64,000 bases of DNA, taken from Rhina ancylostomus. Its lineage: Eukaryota. The DNA is taken from assembly GCA_030265395.1 (NCBI GenBank), contig JARFYF010000051.1, forward strand, positions 12,771,711 to 12,835,710, written 5' to 3'. A program made the position numbers and the translations under genes. Positions 50,096 to 62,964 of the stretch are shown one piece after another (the first letter of the stretch is position 1; each line of letters starts with the position of its first letter). The notes under the pieces were generated by a model. The model made no database searches, had not been told where the DNA came from, and saw nothing but the letters and a program-made list of their open reading frames with translations.

Positions 50096-52604
50096 AGGAT
50101 TCCTCCTTAACCCAGGTGCTCAGGGTAGAGATATGAGATCCAACATAATATTAGGGACTGAGAACAAGGATAAGGAAATTGGAGGCCTTTGGAGAGGTCT
50201 GTGGAATCCAGAGATGTATGGTAGGAACTGAGGATCCATGGTCTTTGTGGACAGTGTTTACACATTTGTTTGGTGTTCCCATAAATCGATGTGTTAGTAG
50301 AATGAGTTGGAATTAAATCCTCCAGTGATCTTCAAAATCACAGTTGCAGTTTATAGCAGGCTTTTCCCAGGCAGAGGACTTTCTTGAGAAAATATTACTA
50401 AAGTGATGACCAATCTCAAGTTAATTGCTAAGGAGTATATTCTATCTTGATTGTTCTCAAAGATTGTGCTTCTTTGGCAGTTCAATGTTCAGAGATTGAA
50501 ATTGTGAGCACTGAGAACTGGATTAGATTTGAAATCCTTCCTGCATTCCCACAGTCCTGGTGCATCAACTGAATTCATAGAGGCCATCCAAAAACAGAGG
50601 AAAATAGATTGCATTGGGATGCTGAGATTTAAGTGATGCAGCAGAACTACTGTAAAGGCGATGGCCGCTGATTCAGCAGGCTGGCTTATTTCTTCGGCAC
50701 CCACCTAAGCCCATGATTGCCAATAGGAAGATCTGCCCTCTACTTTAGCATGCATATGATGACAAGCAACATGAACTAGTTTCTGTGTTCATGTGAGAGA
50801 AATAAATAGAGTACTGTTTACCTGTGGGTTTTCTGGTAAGGAGCTAGTAAAGAATACTGCACTTATTTTGAATGGTGGTGCCAATAAACTTTTCTCAGCT
50901 TTCCCCTTTGAAATTTAATTTCTCATTCTTAATTTGCTGTGGTGTAATAAACGAAAAGAGCCTGATTTGTTTGGACATGGACATTGGTTGGAGAAATTAC
51001 GCTGTATCTATCTAGAATGTCTCTTACAATTTTTAATATCCCTGTGACAAACAGCTTAGAATGCAGATTGACAAGGCACCATTATGGACAGTGATGAACA
51101 TACATCTTCCATTGGTCTACAATTAATGACAGATAGACAGAAATCAGACCCATGGGGCAGGATGTCANNNNNNNNNNNNNNNNNNNNNNNNNNNNNNNNN
51201 NNNNNNNNNNNNNNNNNNNNNNNNNNNNNNNNNNNNNNNNNNNNNNNNNNNNNNNNNNNNNNNNNNNGCAGGATGTCACTACAATATTAAGATACCTTTT
51301 GACTACAGCATGCCTTAGTGACAGGTCTCTGCAGTTAAACACACCAAAGCCTGTTCTGTCAAGGGGCATCAGTGTTTGGTGTTCTCAGCTCTGGGTGATG
51401 TATCTGTCTGTCCCCTTTCTCTGACTTGAAATTCTTCCTTGTTCCTGACATGATAAGATTTATGTTAGCATGCAGGCTTCTCTATAGCATGGGACATAAC
51501 ACAGGTAGTGGTTGTTTTCTTTTGTACTGCGTGTCAAGCAGGCTCAAACCCTGAGTGTTTCATTGGAATTGAAATAGCAATGTACGTCAAATATGTCACT
51601 CCACTGGAACAAGATTCCCTGTTAGTAGCAGATATTAAGGATGTTTTGTCTTTAGGGTACATATTAGCACAAATAAATTCAACATCTGTGCATATGTTAG
51701 ATATGCCATGTTTCACACATCCTAGAAATGTAGCTGAGAGTCATTTTACTTTTCAATACTGTACAAATGCCAGCGATGTTCAGATTTTAAGCCTAAAGAG
51801 AAAACAAGACTCCGCCTCATAAATGTAGTGTTAATGTTTTCTGAAACTGACGTTACTTAAAAGGCCACATTTGCCTTGATGTCTGTGAATCTAATATTTA
51901 TTCATTTATTTAAATTTAAAGTCATGTTACAAATGGGAAACAATGATGACCTTTGATATTTGCTAGTAATCAGGTCTGACAGGATTTAAGAACATAATTT
52001 GCAAGTAAATGATTTCATGCCACAACTTCCTGAAATGAAACATGTTCTCCCTTCCTTTTCCAAGGCTTCAGGGTTCAGTTGATGTTCATGGATGTTAATG
52101 AAGTTTGGCTCTTCCCCTCAAACCCTAACCTCAAAGCTAAACAATCAAAAAGAATTTTCAGCCTGATACATAGTGCAAACATCAGATGTGCTGACAGCAC
52201 TTTCTTTGTTATTCCTTTAAAATTAATTCAAATAGTTTAACACAAAGAGTAAAAAAAAACTTGATGAATTCTTGTTAACCAATGGGCATTGGTGTCATTG
52301 GCAAAGCATCCAGAAAATAGTAGAGTTTGGTGGACTCAATGAATCAAATATCTTTTGCTTAAAACTGTTACAGGAAACTTGCTTCTAAGTAATTGGAAGC
52401 CAATAATAGTTGACATCTTTGGCTCAAGGAGCTTCCGATCCATAGAATAACATGTATATGGCAGTGAGGTGATCTAATAGGTAATAAAGAGGAGGTGAAC
52501 TTGAAGAGATCAAATTTCCTATGTGGGAGAGGAAGAGTTCCTAAATAGCTTTGGAAGAAGTAACTATCAAGTCTTAGAACTTTACATTCTACTTTAGAGA
52601 AAGG

Positions 52605-52992
52605 AAGAAGATGCCTTTGTAATCACATATCCCAAAAAGTTCAGAGTGTCAAGAAATGTGTTTCATGTCAGTCATTTTATATGCAAACTACAAATGTATG
52701 ACTGGTTAATTTTCTTTTGATTGTTGTGGCTGAGGTAAGAATGTTAGAGCAAAGGGAGAATACTCTGACCTTCAAATGGTATCAAATGGCCTTTGCTATT
52801 CACTTGAGCAGGCAAATGGAGCTTCAAAATCTTGTTGAAAGGTTATGATCTTACAAAGTTGAGCTTACTTTCAATGCTCCCTTTAAGTATTAGCCAAGGT
52901 TTTGTGCTTCATCCAAGAATAAAGCTTGAATTCAAAATCTTCTAATCCAAGAAGGCTTCAGAGGAGGACAACTTATTGAGCCAAGATGACAT
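52605..52992 (-). mobile_element. Degenerate Deu-domain SINE
   Basis: gttgtggctgaggtaagaatgtt..gggagaatactc..cttcaaatggt, ccaaggttttgtgcttc, cttgaattcaaaatcttct, ttgagccaag.tgaca; parallels 315-695. Confidence 0.55.
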
Positions 52993-55094
52993 TCATGGGT
53001 TTATCATCAGATCAGCTCCAAGATAATTTACAGGCAAAAAGAGAGAAAGTAAAAATGACCAATGGGACTTTGAGGGAATAATTGTGAATAACTATCAATA
53101 ATGTTTATGTTAAGTTGTCTTGATTGATCAATGTTTAGTTAGAGGCATACATATCCAGAAATCTCTGTCAATGCAGTTCTGCTATTGAGCTTCTGAGAAA
53201 GGCCTTTCCAGTCTTATGAGGAGAGGAGTTTACTTGCCCGAGGTGACCTGAATGATACTGCAAAGGTGCCAGATGAAGAATAATAAAGAACAGCCATAAT
53301 AGTTCACTCCAATGTATAACTAAATCAATTGAGTTTCTGGCATTGTTCAGTTAGGAAAGATTAGTGGGATCTTCACTTGACAAATCCTTCTGGCTTTCCA
53401 GTAGATTAAACTCAGATTATATTAAACATTGTTGACAGGTCAGCGTTAAAGGAAAATGTAAGCCTTACTGCTAACCTGCAGGGTTGCTCCTAGTATTTTC
53501 CAGATTTTGAAAGCTGATGAAAAGTTGACTGCACGGCATAGGAAACTTTTCAACCTTTAGGCATTTAGTTGTTTTTAAAGTAAAGGGCTCTGACTGAAAT
53601 GCTGCAGGCTTTTAAAGGGGGGAAAATCAAATCTGAAGTGTTCTCTTGCTGAAGAATTGCCTAAGGATCTGACAGTTTGATAAAGAACACTATGTTGAAG
53701 ATTTCAACAAAGAATTGGCACTTTTATTAGAATTCTCTGTTTGATTGGTGTAATTTTTCTTCCTGCTGCTAAAGTTGAGAAGAAATAATTTTCACAATCA
53801 GCATTTTATAAAATCAATTTTTACAAAATGTTTGAAAGGAAGCTTTAGGTTGTAAGAAGAATGAAATCCATTTGAAAATATTTGTGTATCAGACTAATGA
53901 TCCACATATACAAAGATTTAAGATTACCAGATTATAGAGATTCCTCTTTTCTCTCCCCTGAGATTGGTGGCAAAAATGCATGAATTAATCCAATTTGCTT
54001 TTCCATTTGGAAACCATGTGCCCGTCAATGCTAGCAAATTTAGTCCCAGAGGTATTGATGATGGACGTATTTCCTTCTGTGCTGATTATTAGCTTATTGT
54101 GGGATGTCGCTTACACTGCCTAAAAAAACAAGATCTTCTTGAAAAAACAGTGCAAGGATGGATATTTAAACTTAAGCAATCTCACTCTGCTGAGTTTTGA
54201 TATAAAGCTCAGCTGGGACAAGCCACAAAATAATAGGCTGTGACAATTCTTAATAACATTGAATACTATAAACGACAGCAGTGGCAAGCATAATGCAGGG
54301 AGGTTCCCATGGAGCATGTCCATCATTCTAGCACTCCTACACTGAAAACGACTTGTTAAAATGTACAGCTCCTGGGCTACACGGATGGGCCTTTCACACA
54401 GATAGATGCTTATATTTGTGCATTCATAAAACAGTTGCTCTGATTTTACCACAGAGACATGCAAGGAAATTGGAACTTTGGGCTAACTACTTTTTTTTCT
54501 GTGTTTATGTTCCTCTATAAACCATTTGAATGGCAATTGATTTCAGTGTCTTGTTTTATGATTATTGCTAACAAAAAAAAGATGCAGTTACTAAATCCTC
54601 TTGGGTTTATGCATAAAAAGATGTGGTAGTGGATTACAAAATTCTCAGTAAAACTGCCAGAAAAGTAGCTCTGGGTGCCTCCTGTCATCACTCAGGCTTG
54701 TGCTGCTTTATATTTATTGAAATGAAATTCTTTTTGCCCCAAGTTGCAATATTTCATTTTTTTGATGTATCTGTTTTGGAATGGTTTGGTAAAGAGTGGT
54801 TTATTTCTCTGCATTATTTAAAAATGTTTGTCAGGATAGTAAAATAGGTATACTTCATTTATTGAAAACATAATGCAGTGAATAAATTTAGTTTTTAATC
54901 TTTTCTGTAGGTCAGTCTTGCATAAGAATGCCAAATGGTCCTTGGTTCTGAGATGTTGACTTATTAAATGAGGTCTAAATAGAAATATGCAACTCAGAGA
55001 TGGTATGTCAAGTAGTATTCTTGTACCTCTAGAATCTTGGAGCTGAATTCTAGTTTGAAGGATAAGAACAGGCTTATCTATAGAGGCAAAAAAG

Positions 55095-55300
55095 ACTGCA
55101 GATGCTGGAATCTGGAGCAAAAACAAACCGCTGGTAGAACTCAGCGGGTCAAGCAGCATCTGTGAATGCAAAAGGATGGTCAATATTTTGGGTTAGGACT
55201 TCTGATGCAGGGTCTCAACCCGAACTATTAAACATCCCTTTGCCTCTACAGATGCTGCCTGACCTTCTAAGTTCTTCCAGCAGTTTGTTTTTGTTCCAGG
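55095..55300. repeat. Penelope-derived ~190-bp imperfect palindrome with decayed hammerhead core
   Basis: Left arm 55112-55199 (ctggagcaaaaacaaaccgctggtagaactcagcgggtcaagcagcatctgtgaatgcaaaaggatg...) is the reverse complement of right arm 55211-55299 (...catccctttgcctctacagatgctgcctgaccttctaagttcttccagcagtttgtttttgttccag). Confidence 0.85.
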
Positions 55301-55517
55301 CTTAGTGATTTTGCAATGACAATACATTTACTATGAAAACTTCACTGTGGGGTACAGTTTCACAAAAGCATTGAAAGCTGTCCTTGGAGGCTGTCCTCAT
55401 GGCTGGGATTTCAATGATAGAGATCCATAAACCCAGAAGAAATAGATATGTTCATGTTCAAGTATATTTAAACCTTTCAGCTGCAATGATCTGCGATAAC
55501 ACAGACGGTTCAATTAT

Positions 55518-55630
55518 AGAACATAGAACATTACAGCATTGGCCCACTCTGTTGTGCCGACATTTTATCCTGCTCTAATATCTATCTAACCCTTCTCTCC
55601 CACATGGCCCTCCATTTCTCTATCATACTT
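55518..55630 (-). mobile_element. Short young CR1 3' tail
   Basis: agaacatagaaca...gccgacattttatcctgctctaatatctatctaacccttctctcccacatggccctccatttctctatcat is the reverse complement of 43750-43880. Confidence 0.85.
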
Positions 55631-57209
55631 GTGGCACTTACATTATATAATGTAAAAGTAGTTATTATTCCTTACCAGACAGATGAGAGAAAAATAATTA
55701 CTATGAATGCAGCCATTGCCAAGTGCCAGGATGGGAGTTCATATGGAGTGCATTTGGCACATTGTCCTGTTGTTTCAGTTTGATAGGGACCGCTATACAT
55801 TAGAAGAAGATGAGACATCAGAAACAAAACCTGTTCAGATGTCAAAGAGAATGCAAAATTTTAAAGTCAGAAGGAGGTTAATTAGCCCATACTGGCTCCA
55901 GCTCTTCAGATGGGCTTGTCCACAGTGATAGCCTTTCCCTGGAACAAACAAAAGGTGAGCACAGCGTTTGTAGAGCTATCACATTTCAGAAATGGGTCTT
56001 TTCATTAGAACTGAAAGTTATCAATGAATGGCATTGCCATGGAACAAAACAAGGGGAAGAGGGATGGTTAACAATTACGGAACTGAGGGTTGTTGGCATC
56101 CTTGATGTCAACCTGCTTTTTATCTTCTCGGCCATTGAAGCCTGCTTTGCTTTGCCAGTTTCAACAGTTATTGAATTGAGTATTGTAATTTCTTCAAGCT
56201 CACCTCCTTGTTCTCATCTTGACCATTTTAAATTGATCAAGTATCCTCATGGCAGCATGCTAAGTTTCTACTGCAGTTCTGTGATTTGACTAGAAAATTC
56301 ATTGATTTTTGCCAGAATAAAGGCTTCATCTAAAACAGTTATTTTTGTTTTAAAGTAAATGTTCACTCAGCTTGGATAGCATAATATTTAGCCATGGCAT
56401 ATAAACTGAATTCAACTCAGAGACTTTAAGCTTTTAAAAATTAGCAAATATTTTTGTTACATAGGCTTATCAATCTTGCTTTGTCTTCCTGTTCACATTA
56501 AAGCTGCAATATTGAAAATTTAAATATTTGGTACTTCTAGTTTAAGAGAAGATGGTGTCATTTGGTTTGTGAGAGAAATATTTGTATCAATTATTTTTTC
56601 AGTCTTAGTACTTTTGAATTATGCAGAATTAATTTGATCATTGATCACAGTGGAAGTTAGACAAAATACTGACCTTATTTCTATCTACAAATATTGATGA
56701 TGTGAAAAATGATTTACTTTGGATTTCAAGAGGGTTGGTACATGTGCATGCTCACTTAGTTGGTTATCCAATAAGAATTTTATGAAGTTTTTGTTTTATT
56801 TAGGTTTTTTTTCTGCATTTTGTAGCCATATTGTTTCTGCCATTGCTCTGCTCTATTTCATTTTGTTAAGGCTTCTTTATCTGTGCCATATGCTGCCAGA
56901 AATTCAGCCAATCTTCAGGCATTTGATTTGTAGTCGTTGGGTGAAAGTCATTGCCCTCTGATTTCTTCATTCTCTCCTGTCCGCTCCCATCACCCCTTAC
57001 CCACTAATCTCGCCAACAAAACGACGACAGATTGTTTACAAATAAACCTGGCCGTTATCATGACCATTTCTTCCATCCAGTATCTGAACCCTGAATTGTT
57101 CAGTCAATGACCACCCAATCCTTCTTATCTTCTCTTGTTACTGGGCTAAAAACCTGCAGCTTAAAATGTGCCAATATGAAGGTAAATTTGTACTTTCAGA
57201 TCCAGTGTC

Positions 57210-57610
57210 AGTGTCCTCTCTCATACCAACAACCCAACACTGAGACCCTAGATGCACTTAGCTGGCTAAGCTGGACTGGCCATTTCGTTCACGTGCCCCA
57301 CACCAGACTCCCAAAACACCAAGTGCTATAAAGGGAAGAGATTTATGTGCTGACAGGGAAAGATTCAAGTATGTTCTCAAAGCTTCCTTGAAAAAAATAC
57401 ATCCTTGGGTTAGGGGGGGCAGGGGTGAAGGGGGCAAAGCATCTCCACTGATTCCTGGGCATCTCTGGCCATAAGTGCTGAAAATGAAAATGGAGCATTT
57501 GGAATGGTATTGACAGCCTCAAGTCCATGCATTAATTGCTACCCACAAAATTTGTGGAAGAGTCTGTATTTCCCACAATGGCCTCATCAGCCACCTCATA
57601 ACCTACATGG
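57210..57610 (+). mobile_element. RTE-clade LINE C-terminal fragment
   Basis: LSWTGHFVHVPHTRLPKHQVL..RFK.VLKASLKK..I..TDSWASLA corresponds to RTE LRWAGHV.RMPD.RLPKQ.LY...KRFKDTLKASLKK..I..DTWE.LA. Confidence 0.72.
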
Positions 57611-59446
57611 ATCTTATTTTAAGAATTGGTGTTTATCCTTTTAACCAAGAATACCTGAATGTTCATTGCATCGTGTATTAAGGATCAAAGGATGAACAGG
57701 GCCTGAAGAGGAGGAATAAAGAGAAAGACCAAGTAATGCAAATAAACCTTTACAGTATTTCATTGTGGGAAGATAGTAAGTGGCAAAGGAAACAATCAGC
57801 TTGTGTCCTCTGGAAGCATAATGTTTCAGTCTCGCAGGGATAAATAGTGAATCTTGCTGGGTTTCGTTTGTAATTATGTAAAAGCCCAAAACATGGTACT
57901 TAGAAGTGTAAATCAACAGAGCAGAAAACACTTTCCGCTCTGCTCTTGTGTGAACTGATCCAGCAGTCTCTCCAGATGGTTTACTAACACCATGATATGA
58001 TTGATAACATGCACTGAAATATTCTGCGTCTTCAATTTATGTGTAGTTAATCGGGGTAGGGAAAGCGAATGGTGTCAGAGAGGTGAGCTGGATGTAACAA
58101 GGTGCATATATAATTAGTATCTGTGTAGTCCCTTAGAAGTCATGCCTGAAATGATCTGCAATACTGGATGGTGAAACAACTGAACAGCTGCATTTTAATT
58201 GAGACATTAAAAGTGAAGCTACAACAAAATGAATTTGATGTGAAAATAGATTGGATGATTGGAATTTGACTGTGGCATTAAAATAGAAAATATGACAGAA
58301 CAATCACAGCTGAATGTAATTTGTACCTTATACTCTATTCCTTTAAAGATAAATTAATTAATACAGTAAAGCACTATAGAAGCACACTGGTCCACTGACA
58401 GTCTATTGTAGGGATTCTGTGGCCTAGCAATGGTGCTAAACAGCCACAAAAACCAATTCCCATTTTCTTATCTCATCTACAGCTGACAATTTTTCATAGG
58501 TTGTGATCACATGATAGCCCAAATGCTTTTTTTTCCTGGGTAATATACATCAGCTATTCAAACATAAATGGCATGGCATTGAAGTTGGATCTTTTCATGT
58601 GCACTTATTCAACAGGAGACAGTGGTGGAAGCCAGTAATAAGATTTTTATTTCTACCAGCCTCCTGGCAGATTCAAAATTACCTAAGACCATGGAGTAGT
58701 ATTGTTTGTTAGCCATCTGTGCCTGGTGCCTTTCTTCCACCTTTCTCAGCCCTGAGTTGCCTTGCCCTTGGATGGTGTCTGCAATAAAGGGCATCGTTTG
58801 TGAACAGTCATTTGTCTAACTGGCAAAACCTAGAGACCCAATGAACTGCTTTAATCTTGTGGCTGGGTGACCCTATTGAGGGTTTTTCTCTTGACAGCAC
58901 AGCCCTCAAGGTTACAACAGCACAATGAGTGTGGTCTCTAATGAAGGATCAGTGTGGATGAGGAAATAAGCAAATTCTTGACAGGGACCACTTTATCTTG
59001 GAGATGCTGAGACCCCAACTGCAAGTTTCCTGGTTAAGATGAACTAAGAAGATACATAAGTTCAGATGTAAATGTTCATGGTCAATAGTACTGGACTCGT
59101 ACCTTAAGGTAACTTTGTATGTTGAGCAGCCGGGTGAGTTTGACCCATGTACTTTCTCTTGAAATGCATTGCTCTGGCTTTACCATGTGGCTCCGTCCAC
59201 TTCCTTGCCAATTATGAAGCTCGTTGCCATGGTTGATAACCACATTACAGGATAGTGTCAGCATGGTGTCTGTTAGTCTAAGGACCAGTATAGGAGTGTA
59301 ATCACTCATACAGTTCACAGCATTGAACTGTGATTTCACTTGCTGATCCTGTATGAGTTCTGGCACCAAATGGAGGTGTCCAATCATATTTTCGTGGTCT
59401 GTCCCTGAACTTTTTTTTTCATTCTCAAATGCCTTTACAACTGTGT

Positions 59447-59878
59447 AGAATCGTAGAGTTGTGCAGCATAGAAACAGGCCCTTCTGCCAACAGATCTAAG
59501 TCAACCATCATGCTTATCTATACTAATCCCACTTGCCTGCATTAATTCCATATCCCTCTGTGCCTTGCTTATTCAAGTAACTGTCCAGGTAGCTCTTAAG
59601 TATTCCTGCCTCCACCTCCTCTGGCATCTTATTATCAAGGTGAATTGCAGATGCCATCGGCTCTTTGTGTGAAAAATTTACCCCCAGATCCTCTTTAACC
59701 CTCCTCCCGCTCATTTTAAACCTAAACCCTCTAGTTTTAGATACTCCTACCATGGGAAACAGATTCTGGCTGTCTGTCTTATTTAAGCCTTTCATAATTT
59801 TATATTATCATTTCACCTCTCAGCTTCCTTTACTCCAGGAAAACAGACTCGGCTTAACCAATCTCTCCTTATAACTCA
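59447..59878 (-). mobile_element. CR1 3' end
   Basis: Minus-strand MKGLNKTDSQNLFPMVGVSKTRGFRFKMSGRRVKEDL; tail agaatcgtagagttgtgcagcatagaaacaggccctt. Confidence 0.9.
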
Positions 59879-60499
59879 ATTATGATTATAATTTCAGTCT
59901 CAGTCATCACTTGAAATCGAGCATTTTACATTGATGAAGATGATGGGAAATTTTTTATATATCTATGATTTCTCTGATTCTCATTTCCTGTGTGAGCCAC
60001 TAATTTTTCATAAGATTCTTTATAATTATGATTTCTCATTGCTGTAATTAGCCTTGTGAATTTTTAGTGTACCGCTCTAGCCAATGATACTTCCAGTAAT
60101 GGGGTGCTTAGAGTCATTACAAAAGGAGAGTGTTCTTTATTTAAATATTGCTTCAATGCACAAAACTGTTGGCGTCCCTCTATAATTCTTGCCAGTGTTC
60201 AGTGCCATATTGTTCATCACTATTGGAGTGTGGAGAGGATCACTTGTTTTTCTCTGGGGATCGTGATCCTGCAGGTGAAATCAAAATAAATGAAATAAAT
60301 TATCTGGAGAAACAGTGCCTGCAACACTCTGATGCAGTGGTGAGCAGCAAGTTAGGTGATGTGGCAGAGATCTGCTGTGGCTGCTTGGAAAGATCTTGTC
60401 ATGAGGAAGTTGAGACTTATCCTTGACCTCAGCAGAGAGAGCAATCCTAGCAGGGATGGTCTCACCAAGTCCCTTTCTAATTGAAGTAGGAAACCTTTA

Positions 60500-61075
60500 C
60501 CCTTGTTCTCTACTCCTCATTTTAATCCCAACATATCATTTGGACCCCTAATTGCCTGTTGCACTTGCAGGTTAGCTCTCAGTAACTGATGTACAAGGAA
60601 ACCCAGCTCCTTTCCAACATCAGCATTTCTCATTCTCTTTCCATTTATAAATACTCATCATTTCTGTTACTCTACTAAAGTGGATAACGCAACATTTGTC
60701 CACATCATACTCCATCTGCCTTGTTGTTGCCACTCACTTTGCTTGTCCATCTCCCATTGAAGCTTCTATGCACCATTACTATTCACATTCCCAATTAGTT
60801 TCATGTCATCAACAAACTTAGAAATTAGAAATATTCCATTTCATCCCTTCACCCAAATTGTTGATAGAGATTATGAACATTTGAGGCCTAACACTGATCC
60901 TTTCAGTACCTGACTAGTCACAATCTACTTATCTGGGAAGAAATATTTATTCCTAACCTTTGTTTCCTTTCAATTAACCAAGAATCAACCCATGCTGGTA
61001 TTCACCTTCAATTCCATGTACTGTTATCTAGTTCACCTACCTCCTTTGTGAGACCTAATCAAAAGCCTTCTGAAG
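60500..61075 (-). mobile_element. CR1 RT fragment
   Basis: Antisense encodes WQMEYDVDKC, SKFVDDMKL, SQVLKGSVLG and aaaagccttctgaag (FQKAF) motifs. Confidence 0.8.
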
Positions 61076-61739
61076 TGCAGAACACATTATACTTTAACAG
61101 TTAAATGCAGTTGGTTATTTTGAAATTATTGGAACTTTATCCCAACATTGCTTTCATTCAGATGAAATGAAAAACTCCAATAGCCAATTTCTGGCACACT
61201 GATCCATTGTAGCTGGTAGCAACAAGGAAATGAAGCAAACAACATCTCCCTTATGGTTCTTTATGAACAAATTAGTTCACCAAGGGCAGTGTCTGGCAAG
61301 ATGGAAACAAAAAAATCAAAAAATGAAATCGGTTGTCCCAAAGTGCCAGGCTGAGAAAATTCAGCAAGCTTACTCTGGCAAAAGCAGGAAATGCTGAACA
61401 GCCTAGCAGGTCAGGCAACAACTATAATGAGACAAATTGAATCAATGATTAAGTTGAGGATCCTTCCATGGAATACCATGGCAAATATTATGAGGAAAGA
61501 CAGAGAGAGGTCATGCTTGATTAGGCTTGCTGTCCAGAATTGCCCACATATTCCCACATGCCTGCATTGCACCCTTAATCTCTTATGGTAGATTCAGTAC
61601 AGTGACTGTGCCTCAAGCAACAGAGTGCAACATCCTGTCTCCTAAACAATACTGGGGATGTATCTTTGTTTTCTGCCAAAGTTCACACTGGGAGACATTT
61701 ATGAACTATTAAAATGATACGTCACGGGTATGATGCTTG

Positions 61740-62135
61740 TTCAGTAGTAAATTACTGAGCTAGTGACTAAAAACCCAGAAGCTTGAGTTCAAATCACATC
61801 ATTGCAGCTGTGAAGTTTTAATTCTGTCAATAATCTGGGACTTGGGCAAACCACAACTAATCTTCATAATGGTTACCATTAAATTAACAGATTATCATTA
61901 AAACCTATTTGGTTCACCAATGTCCTTCAGGGCAAGAAGTCTGCCCTCTTGATCCAATCTGTCTAATGTAGGTCTCCGGACCCAGCACATGTGGTTGACT
62001 CCTAAAATATTTCTGAAATGGTCTAATAAGCTACTCAGTTGCAGATAGCTCACCAACAACTTCTTGAGGCTAGTTAGGAATGGCAGCAAATGCTGGCCTT
62101 GCCAGCATTGGCCAATCTCAAAAAATAAATAAAAT
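61740..62135 (+). mobile_element. tRNA-derived SINE, near full length, with LINE-shared tail
   Basis: B-box gagttcaaatc, core tttggttcaccaatgtccttcagggcaag, tail agctcaccaacaacttcttgaggc..ttaggaatggc..aaatgctggccttgccagc plus an A-rich end. Confidence 0.72.
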
Positions 62136-62964
62136 TACAACTGAAGTAACTTTAGGGTCATTTCATTGGGATGTAATACCCAGGATACTCGTATTAGAGA
62201 GCCAGAAGCTTGTGGATTTGAATCAAAGCTTCATTCATTGTCCTCTTACATTTGTCTGAACGCAATCCGTAAGATGATTCAAATACACCTTTGTTTCTCT
62301 TCTGCAAGTACTGAAATATGATTCACAAACTGTTTTTAATTCTCCACTTTTAAAATCAGAATTATTTTTAGTTGACTGAAACACAATAATTAAGCCTTTG
62401 GACTGCGTTTCAGCAAGGCCCACTCCTGTTGCTGTCTTTTCTGTTCATTGACTTCGAGGTTTTATTTCATATTTAATGCTTTGAAAATTATATTTACTTG
62501 CATTTTTCTGCAATAATGATGTTTTCTGCACATTAAACTAATCCAATATAAACACTGGAATAAGCAGATTGTAGCCCATAGAGCAGAGTGACATCAAATA
62601 ATAATTAACTTGCTCAGTAGGAAGAGTTCGCTTGCAGCCCCAATAGAGTTGCATTGCCTGTTGCAATGCTTTGTAAGATAGCCTCCACAAAATAGTGAAA
62701 GTTACTGAAACTTAAGCAGATGTAGGTCAGGTCTGTTAAAATTCATGTGAATGTTGTGACTCCAGTCAAATTCTCAAATGTCCAATCTGCCCAATAATAT
62801 GAACAGTATTTTCTGTTCTCCTATTTAATGAAGATTTATGTATTCCTGATAACCAGATTTAGTATGGAGGCTGTGATCAGATCATTAAATAAATATACTT
62901 TCTTGCAATTTTTAATTTGTTGATACATTAATATGTAGGGAGTTAGCTGAAAACAATAAACAAA

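Larger units (their letters stand above)
13560..51267. other. Span containing ten assembly gaps: 13560-13659, 17669-17678, 18971-19166, 26755-27123, 32449-32464, 33766-33865, 42217-42316, 46607-46706, 48303-48312, 51168-51267
   Basis: Runs of N read directly from the sequence. Five are exactly 100 N and two exactly 10 N, i.e. placeholder sizes. Confidence 0.98.

Noticed and set aside
53510-53555. CTGATGA...GAAAC hammerhead-like motif
   Set aside because: No stem II can form directly between the two core boxes, and no matching stems I/III are present.
61740-61810. tRNA gene candidates from A/B-box motifs (also ~635-690, 36430, 46470)
   Set aside because: No cloverleaf; the motifs are SINE heads continuous with SINE bodies.
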